Shown: one piece after another, positions 63,000 to 64,000 of the stretch
Layout: each line of letters begins with the position of its first letter
Numbering within the stretch: position 1 is the stretch's first letter
Origin: Balanoglossus misakiensis
Lineage: Eukaryota; Animalia; Hemichordata
NCBI GenBank assembly: GCA_040954595.2
Contig: CM082576.2
Coordinates: 17,035,028 to 17,099,027, forward strand
Direction: 5' to 3'
DNA: 64,000 bases
The notes under the pieces: model-generated
What the model saw: only the letters and a program-made list of their open reading frames with translations
The model's database searches: none
What the model was told of the DNA's origin: nothing
Program-made: the position numbers and the translations under genes

Positions 63000-63800
63000 G
63001 CTGCATCACCTGTAACATCCTTGCTTACTAAATCGTGAATGTTTAAATCACCACTGGTAAAAAGGGCCTTGTTGTGTTTCCTTACAAAATACTCTACCCT
63101 CCTAAAAAACATATAAGTTGTGTCATTCACAGTGTACAGACCGCCCCGGTTCTCTTTGTTGACCCATTCTGTTGTGTAAGACAAAAATGTTGATACAGGC
63201 TGAATTGTACTCATACCCTCCAAACACTTTACCATGCTTCTAAACCCTGATCCACGTTTCTGAAGTTGAGATATGAGAGCCATAGGGATGTAACCACAGG
63301 CATACCTCAGAATGTTTTCTTCAACACGACTCATATCCCCGCTGAAGCTCTCATCAATTGTGGTGACCTTTTCCCTTTCTAAAACTAAACCTTCAAAAAT
63401 GTGCCTGGCTAAAATCATGAGAACAGGTCCTGATACTGTCAACCCAACTTTTGAACAAAGCTTGTGTAGACATTTCCGTAATTCTGGATCCAGGCGCAAA
63501 GAGTGGAATATGCGAAACATCTCTTCTCGGCGCCGCGAAGGAAGGAACTGTCTGTCTCCTCCAGTAACAGCAGGCCACAGCACTTGTATCACTGCATCCA
63601 GTTCACTTTTTACACTTACTGGATCACTTGACAATGTATCACACAGTTTCTTTGCAACAACTTTAACTTTGGAAACACCAGGTAATCTAGGACTGTTGAA
63701 AATGCTGTCAACGGTGAGTGGTTTGATTGAGGCTAGAAGGATCCGTTGGGCTTCCTGCGTTGCATCATCCATTGTCATTTGTAGTTTCCTGGTGGGTCTG
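63000..63800 (-). CDS. Uncharacterised TE-associated protein with P-transposase-C-terminal-like motifs, probably disrupted near 63000
   Basis: EENILRYACGYI…EWVNKENRGGLYTV…FFRRVE. Composition shifts after ~63000. May be an exon of a gene extending past the window. Confidence 0.4.
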
Positions 63801-64000
63801 TTCTCTGTGGGGAAAAATATTGTTATAGTTGATTGGTCAGTGACACTGGTGCCCGACAACAAAAATGAAAAGAAAGTTTTATCTTACATATTCAGAATAA
63901 CGCCACAGTAACTGTAAATTGCCACCACTGTTTTGCCAATATTTATGATGGAAAGCAAAACAGTGAAATTTCCCCCAAAGTGGCAGCATAGACAGCTATG

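Overview
Gene-poor, intron-style eukaryotic DNA (by TE content probably a marine invertebrate; this is inference) made almost entirely of nested transposable elements. No host gene, RNA gene or CRISPR array could be supported. Left half: Kolobok-, MULE-, hAT- and Academ-type DNA elements, LINE fragments, a 76-bp minisatellite and local segmental duplications. Right half: a near-complete L2/CR1-group ORF2, three Crypton tyrosine-recombinase elements, and two different Gypsy LTR retrotransposons stacked several levels deep. Main finding: both Gypsy elements end pol with integrase plus a PHD finger, then show a 3' splice-acceptor signal followed by a homologous third ORF in the env position. In the intact copy this ORF3 (~789 aa) carries a novel N-terminal domain, a C2H2-like finger and a TatD nuclease domain with all metal ligands present. 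All calls come from reading motifs by eye; no database searches were run.
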